Source of the DNA: Bacteroidota bacterium
GTDB lineage: Bacteria > Bacteroidota > Bacteroidia > UBA8524
Direction of reading: 5' to 3'
Assembly (NCBI GenBank): GCA_008933805.1
Contig: WBUH01000005.1
Span: forward strand, 128,822 to 192,821
Length of the DNA stretch: 64,000 nt
Position 1 is the first letter of the stretch. Every line of letters begins with the position of its first letter. Shown piece after piece: positions 11,311-20,856 of the stretch. The translations under genes were made by a program, and so were the position numbers. The notes below the pieces were generated by a model. That model made no database searches. It worked only from the letters and a program-made list of their open reading frames with translations, and was not told the origin of the DNA.

Positions 11311-13020
11311 TTACTGCTTATAGAATTTAAGATTCGCCTGCCCCTTCCCATCAGCACTTATCACTTTTGCTATGTAATATCCTTGGGGTAAGTGTGCAAT
11401 TGCAATTTCCAGCGTTGCCCCGTGTTCTGCAATGTATTGACCCTTGTAATACATCACCCCGTTTGCATTGCTTATCACAATTTCCGCAGTTTGCACACCA
11501 CCTACAGTTAGGTTTAGCACCTCTTGAGCAGGGTTGGGGAACAAGGCCATTTCAACTACTGGTGCGTTTTGGGCAGTTTGCTCAGTACCACAGTTACAAG
11601 TTCCTTCGGGAATAGCAGGGGTATTATCTGCCACAAGATCATGACCTTTATTTCCGCCTGTAGGAGCACGATGATTGGGTCGTTTTATTTCAATTTCAGT
11701 GCAATAGCTATCCTTGCACCTGCCATCACGATTACTGATATACAAACAGATGCGGTGCTTGCCGGGAGCTAATTTAGCAATGTAGTTTTCTAAGTTGCTA
11801 ACCCTTTGTCCGTCAATTACCCATGAATAGCTAAGATTGGTGCCTTTACTCATGTTGTAAAGCAACACTTTATACTCGTTCACCTCATACCTAAAGGCAG
11901 CCTGCAAGCGGCATGGTTCGGGCAACTTCACCTCTACTACTTTGCAAACGTGTTTCACACAGTTAGTGCCTTTAATTTTTACAGTAACGCAAACATTATA
12001 ACGACCCGACTCTCTGAATTGGAACATGAATCCTTCTCGTTCTGATACTTTACGTCCGTTTATGGTCCACTCGTACACCAAATCTTTACCTTCGGCTTCA
12101 GCAATAAATAAGGCTTTACCGCTATTATTAATCCTGTATTTAAATTCAACTTTCAGTTTAGCACAAGGGTCGGGACGTTTAATCTCTACCACCTTGCAAA
12201 TACGTTTTACGCAGTCTGTACCTTTAATTTTTACAACAAGGCAAACAGTATAGCGGCCGGGCTCCTTAAACTCAAACCTAAAGCCCTCTTTTTCAGAAAC
12301 CTTACGGCCATCCACAGTCCATTCATATACCAAGTTTTGTCCTTTTGTAGTACTTACAAATCCAACATTCTTCCCGTCAATCTCAAACCTGTAAGAGGCT
12401 TCCAATTCGTGGCAAGGGTCGCGCTTCACTTCAATGGTTTTGCAAATTGTTTCGCGGCATTTACCATCCCTGCTCACCACTGTAAGGCATACTTTGTAGA
12501 TTCCGGGTTGTTTAAAATCAAACTCCGGGTTAGGGCGGTCGCTTGTATGTCCGTTACCAAACTCCCACTTATATACCCAATCGTTCAGGTTGCTTTTAAC
12601 TTCACTTTTCAAATAGGCTACAGTTCCTTTTAATTCCACCCCAAAGCCAATTTCAAGGCGGCAAGGTTCTTTTATTTCCACCCGTTTACACACCGTATCG
12701 GCACAACGACGCACAGTGTTTTCAAACTTGTATTCACGTTTCACAATCAGGCACACCACATACACACCCTGTTTTTTAAAAGTATGTTCGGTACTACTGT
12801 TATGAGCCGTTGTATTATCGCCAAAGCTCCACAAATATTCAGTCCCGGTAGTTTGTGAACCTGTAGATTTTGCAGTGATTTTATAACCGTCTGTTTTCAG
12901 TTCAAAATTTGCATTGCATTCCCTGTTTTGTGCTTGTACGGCATTCCCTGCCAATAAGCAAATGGCCATCACCATCAATGATGCCAACACTTTAGTCAAA
13001 ATAGTAATCGTGTTTTTCAT
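11311..13020 (-). CDS. T9SS-secreted protein with about five Cys-rich PKD repeats
   Basis: Repeated W.FG../YEWT....GxYxVCL units; C-terminal LFPNPA...LPQGYY T9SS type A sorting domain. Confidence 0.85.
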   Translation of the reverse strand: MKNTITILTKVLASLMVMAICLLAGNAVQAQNRECNANFELKTDGYKITAKSTGSQTTGTEYLWSFGDNTTAHNSSTEHTFKKQGVYVVCLIVKREYKFENTVRRCADTVCKRVEIKEPCRLEIGFGVELKGTVAYLKSEVKSNLNDWVYKWEFGNGHTSDRPNPEFDFKQPGIYKVCLTVVSRDGKCRETICKTIEVKRDPCHELEASYRFEIDGKNVGFVSTTKGQNLVYEWTVDGRKVSEKEGFRFEFKEPGRYTVCLVVKIKGTDCVKRICKVVEIKRPDPCAKLKVEFKYRINNSGKALFIAEAEGKDLVYEWTINGRKVSEREGFMFQFRESGRYNVCVTVKIKGTNCVKHVCKVVEVKLPEPCRLQAAFRYEVNEYKVLLYNMSKGTNLSYSWVIDGQRVSNLENYIAKLAPGKHRICLYISNRDGRCKDSYCTEIEIKRPNHRAPTGGNKGHDLVADNTPAIPEGTCNCGTEQTAQNAPVVEMALFPNPAQEVLNLTVGGVQTAEIVISNANGVMYYKGQYIAEHGATLEIAIAHLPQGYYIAKVISADGKGQANLKFYKQ

Positions 13021-13047
13021 AATTGTAAGGGTTTGATTTTATTAATT

Positions 13048-13080
13048 AGTCGGGATGGTTTATAAACGGTTGTAAAATTT
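13048..13080 (-). promoter_or_regulatory. Putative ECF-sigma promoter of the PKD gene
   Basis: AAATTTTACAACC-N15-CGAC on the minus strand; matches the element upstream of the ECF sigma gene at 17641-17672. Confidence 0.5.
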
Positions 13081-13114
13081 TTTAAACTATTTTTTATCAC
13101 CAACGGATATACAC

Positions 13115-13152
13115 AAAAAAGCCACTGTTAGCAATTACTTGCACACAGTGGC
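13115..13152 (-). terminator. Intrinsic terminator after the T9SS gene 13178-15661
   Basis: GCCACTGT...ACAGTGGC stem followed on the minus strand by a T tract. Confidence 0.55.
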
Positions 13153-13177
13153 TAATATCAAAAATGCTCTGTTGGCG

Positions 13178-15661
13178 TTACTGTTTCACAAACTTTGTGT
13201 GTGTGGTGGTGGTACCTGTTGAAACTGTCAAAAAGTAAACCCCTTGCGCCAGTCCTGTAATATCAATATCTGTTTTTCCCCCGCTAAAGGGTTGCGTTGC
13301 AAGGCAAATACGTCCCTGCATATCACTAATTGTAATCTTACTTTCACCCTCATCCTCAGTAACCACCGTTAATTGTGTAGTTGCGGGATTGGGATACACC
13401 GCAATGCCTTGTTCACTAATTAGCATAGCCGCACTTTGCAGCCTATCCATAGTGCAATACACTTTATTGGTAGTATGTTGGGTAGCAAAGTCAAACCACA
13501 CTTCGGCCTTGTTCTTCACAAGTGTTCCGGCAGGTGTTTTATCACTCATACGTATCTTAAACCGTATGTGTCCCCTGTTATCAACAAAATCACTGCTGTG
13601 TAATAAGTTGGGCGGTAAATTAATATTAGAAAAAGTCCATATTAATACCCCTTTACCCAATTGCGGGGGCAGATTTACCACCTGTGTGGTGTATGGATGG
13701 CTGGCACCTAATTCTTGTATGTATTCAATACTCAGGTTCAAATCTATTGTATCCACCACCACCACCGTTTGTATGGTATCGTTGGTAGTGTTTTCAAACC
13801 GTATCAGATACTCAACATCGTGCTGGCCGCCATTAATATCAAATATTGTTACACTGTCGCCCGTTTTCGGCTCAGGAAAAATATACTTCCAGTTAATTAT
13901 AGTGTCATTATCAACCGTTTGTTGCAGTGTGTCGTAATTATCAGTACCAAAAACATCGTTCACACTGGCTGCATCTGCTAAAAACTCAATTTGTCCCGTA
14001 GAAGCACCTTCAACCTTGCCTTTAAACGCAATCGTTTTTTCTTCGCCGGGGTCAAGACTACTAAACTCCCATTGCGCCACCCCACCCGTAATAGATTGTG
14101 GCGGAGGTATGGCCGAGAAGTTTTTAAACCCTGTATCGATTTTCAATTTCAACTTGCCTTGAGAAATAGCTTTACCTCCATTATTTTTATAACTCAACGT
14201 GTAAAACTCTGTTATCCCCCTGCGGGCTTTGTAACCTGCATTAGGCAATATTTTAATCCCCACATCCTCAATACTTCCATCAAGGCGAAGGGCAAAATCG
14301 GCTGTATCAAAAATCACATTGTTGGTAGCTGGCGTAAACTGGTATAACGTAGGATTACAGCTACTTAGCGACCAATATTTTTTGGGTAAAATGGTAATGG
14401 GGTAAGTTCCGCTGCGGGGCACTACAAAAAAGTATATCCCTTCCCTATCCGTATAGGTAACCACCAACCCGTTAAATAAGCGCAATACTTGGCCAGCCAA
14501 AGGTTTCTCGCCTACATCACGACGGCAGTTATTATTTGCATCGTGGTACACTCTGCCGGCTATAATGGCTAAATCGTTATCAAACTCAGCAACGCGGTTC
14601 AATTGTATCCTGCCGAAACTTAAAAAGTTACCCGTAGCAAAAAAACGGTTTTTAAATCCCTTTAAAAATCTTACACCTGTTAGGTTTATCTCATCAAGCG
14701 TTAGCCATGAGGTATCCGACCATTTAATAATACTGTTGTTTTTGGGTGAGATATTAAACGACCCGCAAGCCCATATTTCATTATCAAAAAACTCAAGGTC
14801 ACTGAATACCGCAAGGTGTAAGTTGGGAAAACCCTTTGTACGGCTTTGCCAACCGCCATTTATGTATGAATAGATTATACGGTCTGAGTTATTTCCCAAG
14901 CCAACGGCCATTAATTCGGTTTTTGCGTTTTGCAAATGAGCAATTGAATGAAACGGACTTGTAGAATCGGCAATGGTGGATGAGCCTTTCAGTTTAAATA
15001 TGGGTACGCTTTTATTGCTTATGGCATGGGTATAATTACCACACACAAACAACGAATCATTAAACACTTCCAAATTAAGTGCTTGACCTATATAGGCCCC
15101 GCCTTGCAGTCCGTCAACCCCTTCCCACTTAAACCCGTTAAATTTTGCTATTCCGTTGGCTCTGGTGGTATCAATACGCGAAAACCCGCCCGCAGCATAT
15201 AAAAACCCGTCAAACACTTTTAAAGCATTTATACGGATAGGGCTTTGGTCTTCAACACGACGTCTGGCTGCATTCAGCCATTTTTTACCGTCAAGTACTA
15301 ATAGTCCTGTTTTTGGTGATGCTAAAAACACAGTATCAAAAAAACCGCCTGCATATAACTTATCCTTATACCATTCTACAGAGGTAATGTATGATTCAGG
15401 GCCGGCTACAAACGTTGACAAGTCTTGCCAAAAGAACCCGTTCCAACGTGCCACAGCAAATATTTTGTTTTTGTTGGGTGCCGTAGTCGAGTCAACAAAG
15501 GCAAAATACATATTATCGTTTGTTGAAGTAACTGCAACAGGAATTTGCTGAAAACCCTGTCCCAGCGGCTTCCATATTTGTGCAGTAGTGTTCAGGGTAC
15601 CTAATATACCCAACAATAACAGTATGCCTGTAAGTCTCAAAAACTTCATCAACGGATTCAC
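13178..15661 (-). CDS. T9SS-secreted protein (beta-propeller-like N-terminus, DUF11/DUF7619-like Ig domains)
   Basis: LYAGG.F repeats; GRVYHDANNNC; YLIRFENT..DT, NKAEVWFD; C-terminal VYPNPAT...LAQGVY. Confidence 0.85.
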   Translation of the reverse strand: MNPLMKFLRLTGILLLLGILGTLNTTAQIWKPLGQGFQQIPVAVTSTNDNMYFAFVDSTTAPNKNKIFAVARWNGFFWQDLSTFVAGPESYITSVEWYKDKLYAGGFFDTVFLASPKTGLLVLDGKKWLNAARRRVEDQSPIRINALKVFDGFLYAAGGFSRIDTTRANGIAKFNGFKWEGVDGLQGGAYIGQALNLEVFNDSLFVCGNYTHAISNKSVPIFKLKGSSTIADSTSPFHSIAHLQNAKTELMAVGLGNNSDRIIYSYINGGWQSRTKGFPNLHLAVFSDLEFFDNEIWACGSFNISPKNNSIIKWSDTSWLTLDEINLTGVRFLKGFKNRFFATGNFLSFGRIQLNRVAEFDNDLAIIAGRVYHDANNNCRRDVGEKPLAGQVLRLFNGLVVTYTDREGIYFFVVPRSGTYPITILPKKYWSLSSCNPTLYQFTPATNNVIFDTADFALRLDGSIEDVGIKILPNAGYKARRGITEFYTLSYKNNGGKAISQGKLKLKIDTGFKNFSAIPPPQSITGGVAQWEFSSLDPGEEKTIAFKGKVEGASTGQIEFLADAASVNDVFGTDNYDTLQQTVDNDTIINWKYIFPEPKTGDSVTIFDINGGQHDVEYLIRFENTTNDTIQTVVVVDTIDLNLSIEYIQELGASHPYTTQVVNLPPQLGKGVLIWTFSNINLPPNLLHSSDFVDNRGHIRFKIRMSDKTPAGTLVKNKAEVWFDFATQHTTNKVYCTMDRLQSAAMLISEQGIAVYPNPATTQLTVVTEDEGESKITISDMQGRICLATQPFSGGKTDIDITGLAQGVYFLTVSTGTTTTHTKFVKQ

Positions 15662-17079
15662 TTCGTTAAATTATAATTTATACCCAAATGTAACCCAAAA
15701 TTACGCGGACGCACTACTGTGCCAATCGCATTGCTATACAAGCCACCTGCAAAACGACTCATTTGCAAGCCCACATTTACCTGCCATTGCGGGCTTAACT
15801 TATAATATACCCCCGTTTGTATAGCTACACTTGCGTTCCATTTGCGCAAAACATCTTTTTGTTTTGCTGCATCGATACTAAACAAGCTAAAGGGACTTAT
15901 CGCCTCACCGCTCACACTTGCCAGTCGCTGCAACTGAATACTGCCGCCAAATTGCAGCCCGATTTTTTCGGTTAGTTTCAAGTTATAACTTGCTTGTAAA
16001 GGCAATGTAACGTAGGTATATCTGCTACTAATGGTAAGGTTTTGGCTGCTGTCCCTAAAATTGGTATAAAAATACCCGATAATTTGTCCGCCGGGGTTAA
16101 ATACAGGTACCGAGTCGTACACCTGATGGGTATAGCGGTAATTACCGCGGGTTCCTACAGAAGTAATACCAATACCGGAGCCAAAAGACCAGTCATTGAT
16201 TTTGTAATTGATGGTGATAAGCGATGTTATTGCCAAGCCGGCTTTAGTGCCGTTGCGCAATATGCTGCCGTACTTGGTTTGGTCTTGAGCTGCAAACATT
16301 GAGGCTGTAGGCGATAAATTAAACCCGATACTAAAAGGCGAGAGTTTGCCAAGCGTTGGGTTTTTTGTTGTTTTTGACTCAGGCTCAATACTATCAACCT
16401 TCGCTACTGAAGGTTCTGACTCCTCTTGGGGTTTTGTGGTATCATTAGTCGCTATCACTATTGGTTTTGTGTCGGCTATCGGAGTTTCATCATGGCTTGC
16501 CTCAATGGGCTTACTGTCTTCTTTATTCTCAGTTTCTTTTGCTGTTGATGTTTCCTTGCTGCCTGCACCCGCACCATTATCAGTGCTTGGCTTGTCGGTA
16601 GTTTCTTTTCCGCCCGATTTATTATTACCCGACTGTTTAGGGGCAGTTTTTTGCTTAGGCTGTACAGACTTATTATCATCCGCAAACTTCGATTCAGATT
16701 GAGTTGTGGTAGTATCAGAACCTAAACCACTGTTGCTGTTTTCTGTTTCAGAAGATGGGGTTTGTGTACTTCCGTTTTGTGGGCTGTGAGAAGAAGTGTT
16801 TGAATTTGTAGGCTGCTCGGTTGAGTTTGTTGTTTGTTGTTGAGCGAACGTAGCAGCATTAGTATCTTTAGTATCACTGATAAGATAAATACCCGTGCCT
16901 GTGCCTAACAGCAACAAAACTCCCACTACCCACAGCCACATTATGCGACGTTTCCGGCGTTTTTGGGCAGCAGCCAACGAGGCCTGCATAGCAAACCAAT
17001 CGTTGCCCTCAACAGGTAACTGCATATTACCCAAGCCACGGCGGAAAAAATCGTCAATATGTATTCTCTTCTTAGTCAA
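15658..17079 (-). CDS. Anti-sigma-like protein: N-terminal cytoplasmic domain, TM, low-complexity linker, C-terminal OM beta-barrel-like domain
   Basis: IDDFFR...W..M, basic stretch plus TM, S/T/K-rich linker, YVTLPL...GINY barrel; translationally coupled to the ECF sigma gene. Confidence 0.7.
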   Translation of the reverse strand: MTKKRIHIDDFFRRGLGNMQLPVEGNDWFAMQASLAAAQKRRKRRIMWLWVVGVLLLLGTGTGIYLISDTKDTNAATFAQQQTTNSTEQPTNSNTSSHSPQNGSTQTPSSETENSNSGLGSDTTTTQSESKFADDNKSVQPKQKTAPKQSGNNKSGGKETTDKPSTDNGAGAGSKETSTAKETENKEDSKPIEASHDETPIADTKPIVIATNDTTKPQEESEPSVAKVDSIEPESKTTKNPTLGKLSPFSIGFNLSPTASMFAAQDQTKYGSILRNGTKAGLAITSLITINYKINDWSFGSGIGITSVGTRGNYRYTHQVYDSVPVFNPGGQIIGYFYTNFRDSSQNLTISSRYTYVTLPLQASYNLKLTEKIGLQFGGSIQLQRLASVSGEAISPFSLFSIDAAKQKDVLRKWNASVAIQTGVYYKLSPQWQVNVGLQMSRFAGGLYSNAIGTVVRPRNFGLHLGINYNLTK

Positions 17080-17620
17080 TTAGTTTCTTGTCTTTTAATG
17101 CTTTTTTAAGCAAATCTCTTGCACGCGATAACTGCGATTTTGATGTACCCTCAGATATTCCCAGCATTTGGGCTATATCCTTGTGCCCGTATCCTTCAAT
17201 AGCATATAAATTAAATACCAGTTTACTGCCCTTAGGCAACTCATCCACCAGCTGCAACAACACATCTTCACTCACTTCGGGGCCCGGGTCGTCAATCTCG
17301 TGCTCCACATCATACTCCTCACCGTCCTTCATGTTATCAAACAACTGCGAAACCTTCGTTTTCTTCTTAAAAAAATCAATCGAAGTGTTTATCATAATCC
17401 GCGTTATCCATGTTTCCAGCGTGCTGTTAAACTTAAACTTGCCGATATTCATAAACACCTTCACAAATGCCTCGTGCATTATATCCTTGGCATCGTCCCT
17501 ATCGTTGCAGTAGCGGTAGCACACCGCCAGCATTTTAGGCGCTAGCCTTTGGTACAACACCTGTTGCATCTTAGGGTCGTTATCAGCACAGCCCTTAACT
17601 ATATCGTTATCATTCCACAC
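17072..17620 (-). CDS. ECF sigma-70 factor
   Basis: DAKDIMHEAFVKVF, WITRIMIN, VFNLYAIEGYGHKDIAQMLGISEGTSKSQLSRAR. Confidence 0.95.
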   Translation of the reverse strand: MWNDNDIVKGCADNDPKMQQVLYQRLAPKMLAVCYRYCNDRDDAKDIMHEAFVKVFMNIGKFKFNSTLETWITRIMINTSIDFFKKKTKVSQLFDNMKDGEEYDVEHEIDDPGPEVSEDVLLQLVDELPKGSKLVFNLYAIEGYGHKDIAQMLGISEGTSKSQLSRARDLLKKALKDKKLID

Positions 17621-17640
17621 GCAGGTTTAAACACTATTTT

Positions 17641-17672
17641 GACATAGATACTTAACGAAGGTTGGAAAATTT
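17641..17672 (-). promoter_or_regulatory. Putative autoregulatory ECF promoter
   Basis: AAATTTTCCAACC-N15-TGTC on the minus strand, about 20 nt upstream of the sigma start. Confidence 0.5.
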
Positions 17673-17763
17673 CTTCAAAAATTTCTCTGCACTTGCCAAA
17701 GCATCAAAACAAAGTTAGGAAATGATGTTAACCCTAATGACTAGAGACCTTCCTAAAACAGAA

Positions 17764-17983
17764 AAGCGGAGCAGGGTTTAAACCTTGCTCCGCTTATAGC
17801 TCAACAACGGTGGGTTTCATACCCACCTCCACCGCCCCCCAACGGCCATTCCGTCACCCCGACGGGCATAAAGCCCGCCGCTATCAAAGGGTTCCGTCCC
17901 GAATGGTTTTAAACCATTCGGGACGTTACACCCCAAAAGCCCTGAATTTTATATTCAGGGCAACATTGGGTTTTGTACCCACC
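17764..17983. repeat. Cluster of REP-like palindromes
   Basis: Hairpins at 17764-17795 (16-bp arms, 1 mismatch), 17809-17827, 17860-17880, 17895-17925 (perfect 15-bp arms) and ~17966-17983; several have GGGTTT.AAACCC-like cores. Confidence 0.7.
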
Positions 17984-19061
17984 TTAAATAATTATTTAGC
18001 ACATCTTCCCTAACCCCGTTCACCCTATCCATCACATAATGCTCGCGTACGGTTTCGTGCAGGGCTTCGCCCAACTCTTGGCGCAACGTGGGCGTTTGTA
18101 TCAACTTCTTAATGTACTTGTACCAATCGGTTTTATTATTCTCAACAAACAGCAAGTTCTTATAATGCTCGCCCAGCAACGTGTACGGATACACCTTTGA
18201 TACCACACAAGGCTTCTTAAACCAGCCTGCCTCCAGCAATTTCAACGGGCTTTTACAGCGATTAAACGACGTATCGGCCAACGGCACAATACACACATCC
18301 AGTTTATTGTATAACGTGGCATAATGCCGTATATCAAGCCCATGCACCCGTTGGTAATTAGGCCTTGCCCGGCCTGCCGTAAAAATTTGCTCGTAATACC
18401 CCCACACATCAAAATTTTGGGGACTATACCCGCACAAATTCACCCCGAAATGAGGCTGCAACGGCGCATCTTCATACAGCTTCTCAAACCCACGCTGCAA
18501 CAACGGTATATCATCCGTATGGCACAAACCGCCCACCCAACCCACACGCACCACATCGCTGTACAAAGGTTGCGGCACAAATTGCGGCTGCTCAGGGTCG
18601 ATAGCATTAGGGGCAACCGCCACATTCTTATTCAGCTTGCGCACTTGGGCGGCCAAATGCGGTGTAGTCGTAATCACCGCAGTTGCATTTTTAAGCGCCA
18701 ACTCAATACGGTCGGCCATTCGGTGTTGCCGCCATTGGTCGTACAACAAATGCGAGGTTGGCAACCGCCAATAGTCGTCTACATCCACCACAAACGGAAT
18801 ACCCGCCTTTTTAAGTGCATTCAGCACCAACTCATCGCGGCCAAAATTGCTTAACACACGACTAAACACTACCACATCAAAATTTTCAAGACGGGTATTC
18901 TCAGGGTCAATTTCATTAATCTGATGCAATTCGATAGGGCTGCGCTGACTAAGATGGATAAAGGGTATCAGCAGGCGGTGGTATTCAACACCGCCCACAT
19001 TAAAAGGGTCGCTCTTACTCCTGTAATTTACCACCAGCAACACCTTAGTCTTGGTCGGCAT
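17955..19061 (-). CDS. Glycosyltransferase (GT-B/GT4-like), phage-associated type
   Basis: GVEYHRLLIP, VVDVDDYW, VGWVGG..H..D, PLADTSFNRCKSPLKLLEAG; start overlaps the stop of the sigma-like gene. Confidence 0.85.
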   Translation of the reverse strand: MPTKTKVLLVVNYRSKSDPFNVGGVEYHRLLIPFIHLSQRSPIELHQINEIDPENTRLENFDVVVFSRVLSNFGRDELVLNALKKAGIPFVVDVDDYWRLPTSHLLYDQWRQHRMADRIELALKNATAVITTTPHLAAQVRKLNKNVAVAPNAIDPEQPQFVPQPLYSDVVRVGWVGGLCHTDDIPLLQRGFEKLYEDAPLQPHFGVNLCGYSPQNFDVWGYYEQIFTAGRARPNYQRVHGLDIRHYATLYNKLDVCIVPLADTSFNRCKSPLKLLEAGWFKKPCVVSKVYPYTLLGEHYKNLLFVENNKTDWYKYIKKLIQTPTLRQELGEALHETVREHYVMDRVNGVREDVLNNYLRWVQNPMLP

Positions 19062-19560
19062 ACGCACGCACCTCCTTCACGTATTTCCTAAACATGTATA
19101 TCACCGATTTTAAAGGGATACCCGTCCTACGGCTCGCCTCTCTAAACGATTTACATTCCGAAACCTCTACACACAAACGCGCAGGGTAAAAATGGGGCGG
19201 CTCTTTACGACTATCATCTGCAATCTTCTTCAAAGCCCTCAACTCCCTACGGTTAATACCCTCGTGGTCAATAATCTCCTCCGCCACATCATACGTCTCA
19301 TCATCCCACGGCGAAAAAGGCTGTGTATATTTCTTGTTAAACAAACTGTACTTATCGTTCTTTTGCCAAATAATCATGCGGGCCACATACAATTTCAAAT
19401 AACCCTTCGCATGTATTTCAAGCACCTTTTCAGGTTTATCGTATAACTGGCATATTACTTCGTGCAATAAATCTTCATTATCCTGTTTTCCAACCGTTCC
19501 GCTAAGCAATTTCAATTGCGGGTCATTATATATCTCTTCAATTATTTTATTTAATTCCAT
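19045..19560 (-). CDS. Phage-type sigma-factor-like transcription regulator
   Basis: Region-2-like EDLLHEVICQL...LKLYVARMI and C-terminal HTH SFREASRRTGIPLKSVIYMFRK; 171 aa; clearly divergent from the two host ECFs in the window. Confidence 0.65.
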   Translation of the reverse strand: MELNKIIEEIYNDPQLKLLSGTVGKQDNEDLLHEVICQLYDKPEKVLEIHAKGYLKLYVARMIIWQKNDKYSLFNKKYTQPFSPWDDETYDVAEEIIDHEGINRRELRALKKIADDSRKEPPHFYPARLCVEVSECKSFREASRRTGIPLKSVIYMFRKYVKEVRAYADQD

Positions 19561-19792
19561 AACCTTTTGTTCTTATTTTGCTTCGTTCATCCGTTTTATG
19601 CGCATACCTTTACCTGTCAGTAGTTTTCACCGCTGTTTTGTAGGTTTACAGTTATGGTATCCTGTTATTTTTTTTGAAGGGCCTTTTACGATAGGGCGGC
19701 ACCCTTCCACTCCGAAAAATTCTTTTCCAATGTATTTTTTAGGCAGAGGTTATATCCTCCAAATCATTTTTTGCAATTAATAGGGCTGCGCT

Positions 19793-20104
19793 TCAACTCT
19801 TGTCTGCATTTGGCGCAGGCATCGATAAAATATCCTTAGGCAATGGTAAACTATCGGTAGTTAATCCCGCCACTTGATTATATAGTAGCGTGAGCGCCAT
19901 CCGCCACTCGGTATCCGTTCCTGCAAGGCCGTACCGTTCGTACGTTTCAATGTAGCTGGGTTGGTGCAGCAAACTCACCGTAAACGTCCCTTTCGTCCAC
20001 TTGCCCTCAATCTCAGCCAGTTGATTACCCTCAATGCGGGCTATACAAAAATTTTTTCCGTGGCGCACCGGCCCGTTCGTTAATTTTTTAATTAATACGT
20101 TCAT
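19793..20104 (-). CDS. Hypothetical protein
   Basis: ORF co-oriented with the sigma-like gene; start taken at MNVLIKK. Confidence 0.45.
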   Translation of the reverse strand: MNVLIKKLTNGPVRHGKNFCIARIEGNQLAEIEGKWTKGTFTVSLLHQPSYIETYERYGLAGTDTEWRMALTLLYNQVAGLTTDSLPLPKDILSMPAPNADKS

Positions 20105-20308
20105 TTTTAAGCTATAAATAATTGTAAATAGTAAGAGGTGTGCCTTGAAGGCTTGCAATTAGAAATCCAAAAGGAAGGGAGAAGAAATCAATAGTTTTGT
20201 TTAATAGCGGTTTAAAAAAGCATCCTGCAAACGTTTGCAAGTATCATGGCTACCGTAAGCACAAGAATCAATACTTCAATGTCGTTCACCTGCTTTGCTC
20301 CGCGGGGT

Positions 20309-20542
20309 TTAAATAGCTGCTTCATGCTGATAGGGTTTGGGGCTGGTGTGTATTGTTGGCTGAAGCTGCTCTTTGTACTCTTCCCAAGCCTTATCAACCA
20401 AACGGCCCAGTTTTTCTTTAATCGCCACCAGGGCATCGTGCGTGGGGTGCAGTTCCCACATCATCTCGTACAATTCGTCGTTAATCACCTTAAGTTGCAT
20501 CGTTACTTCCTTGTTTATTAATAATTCTGTTTCAATCGACAT
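20309..20542 (-). CDS. Small hypothetical helical protein
   Basis: 77 aa ORF with ATG start, first of a run of small minus-strand ORFs. Confidence 0.45.
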   Translation of the reverse strand: MSIETELLINKEVTMQLKVINDELYEMMWELHPTHDALVAIKEKLGRLVDKAWEEYKEQLQPTIHTSPKPYQHEAAI

Positions 20543-20856
20543 GACAAAAGTATATGTTTTTGTTTACTAATAGAAACATTTTTGAATATGTTTTAAAGAA
20601 AAAATGCTACTGATTGATTATCAGTAGAAAAAATTTTGAAACCTCATAAATATGCATTTAACGTTTGATTTATAGCGATTTGAGCAATGAAAAAGAGCCA
20701 TATTTTTGTCACAAACCACCTAAGCACTACGCAACCAATATGTAAACAAAATCATTTCTATAAAGACTGATAGCTTACCGAATCTTTATTCGGTTATTTA
20801 CCCGCCCGAGTGCTTGCAAGAACTTTGCACCAGCAAAATTTAATAGTACTCAAACA

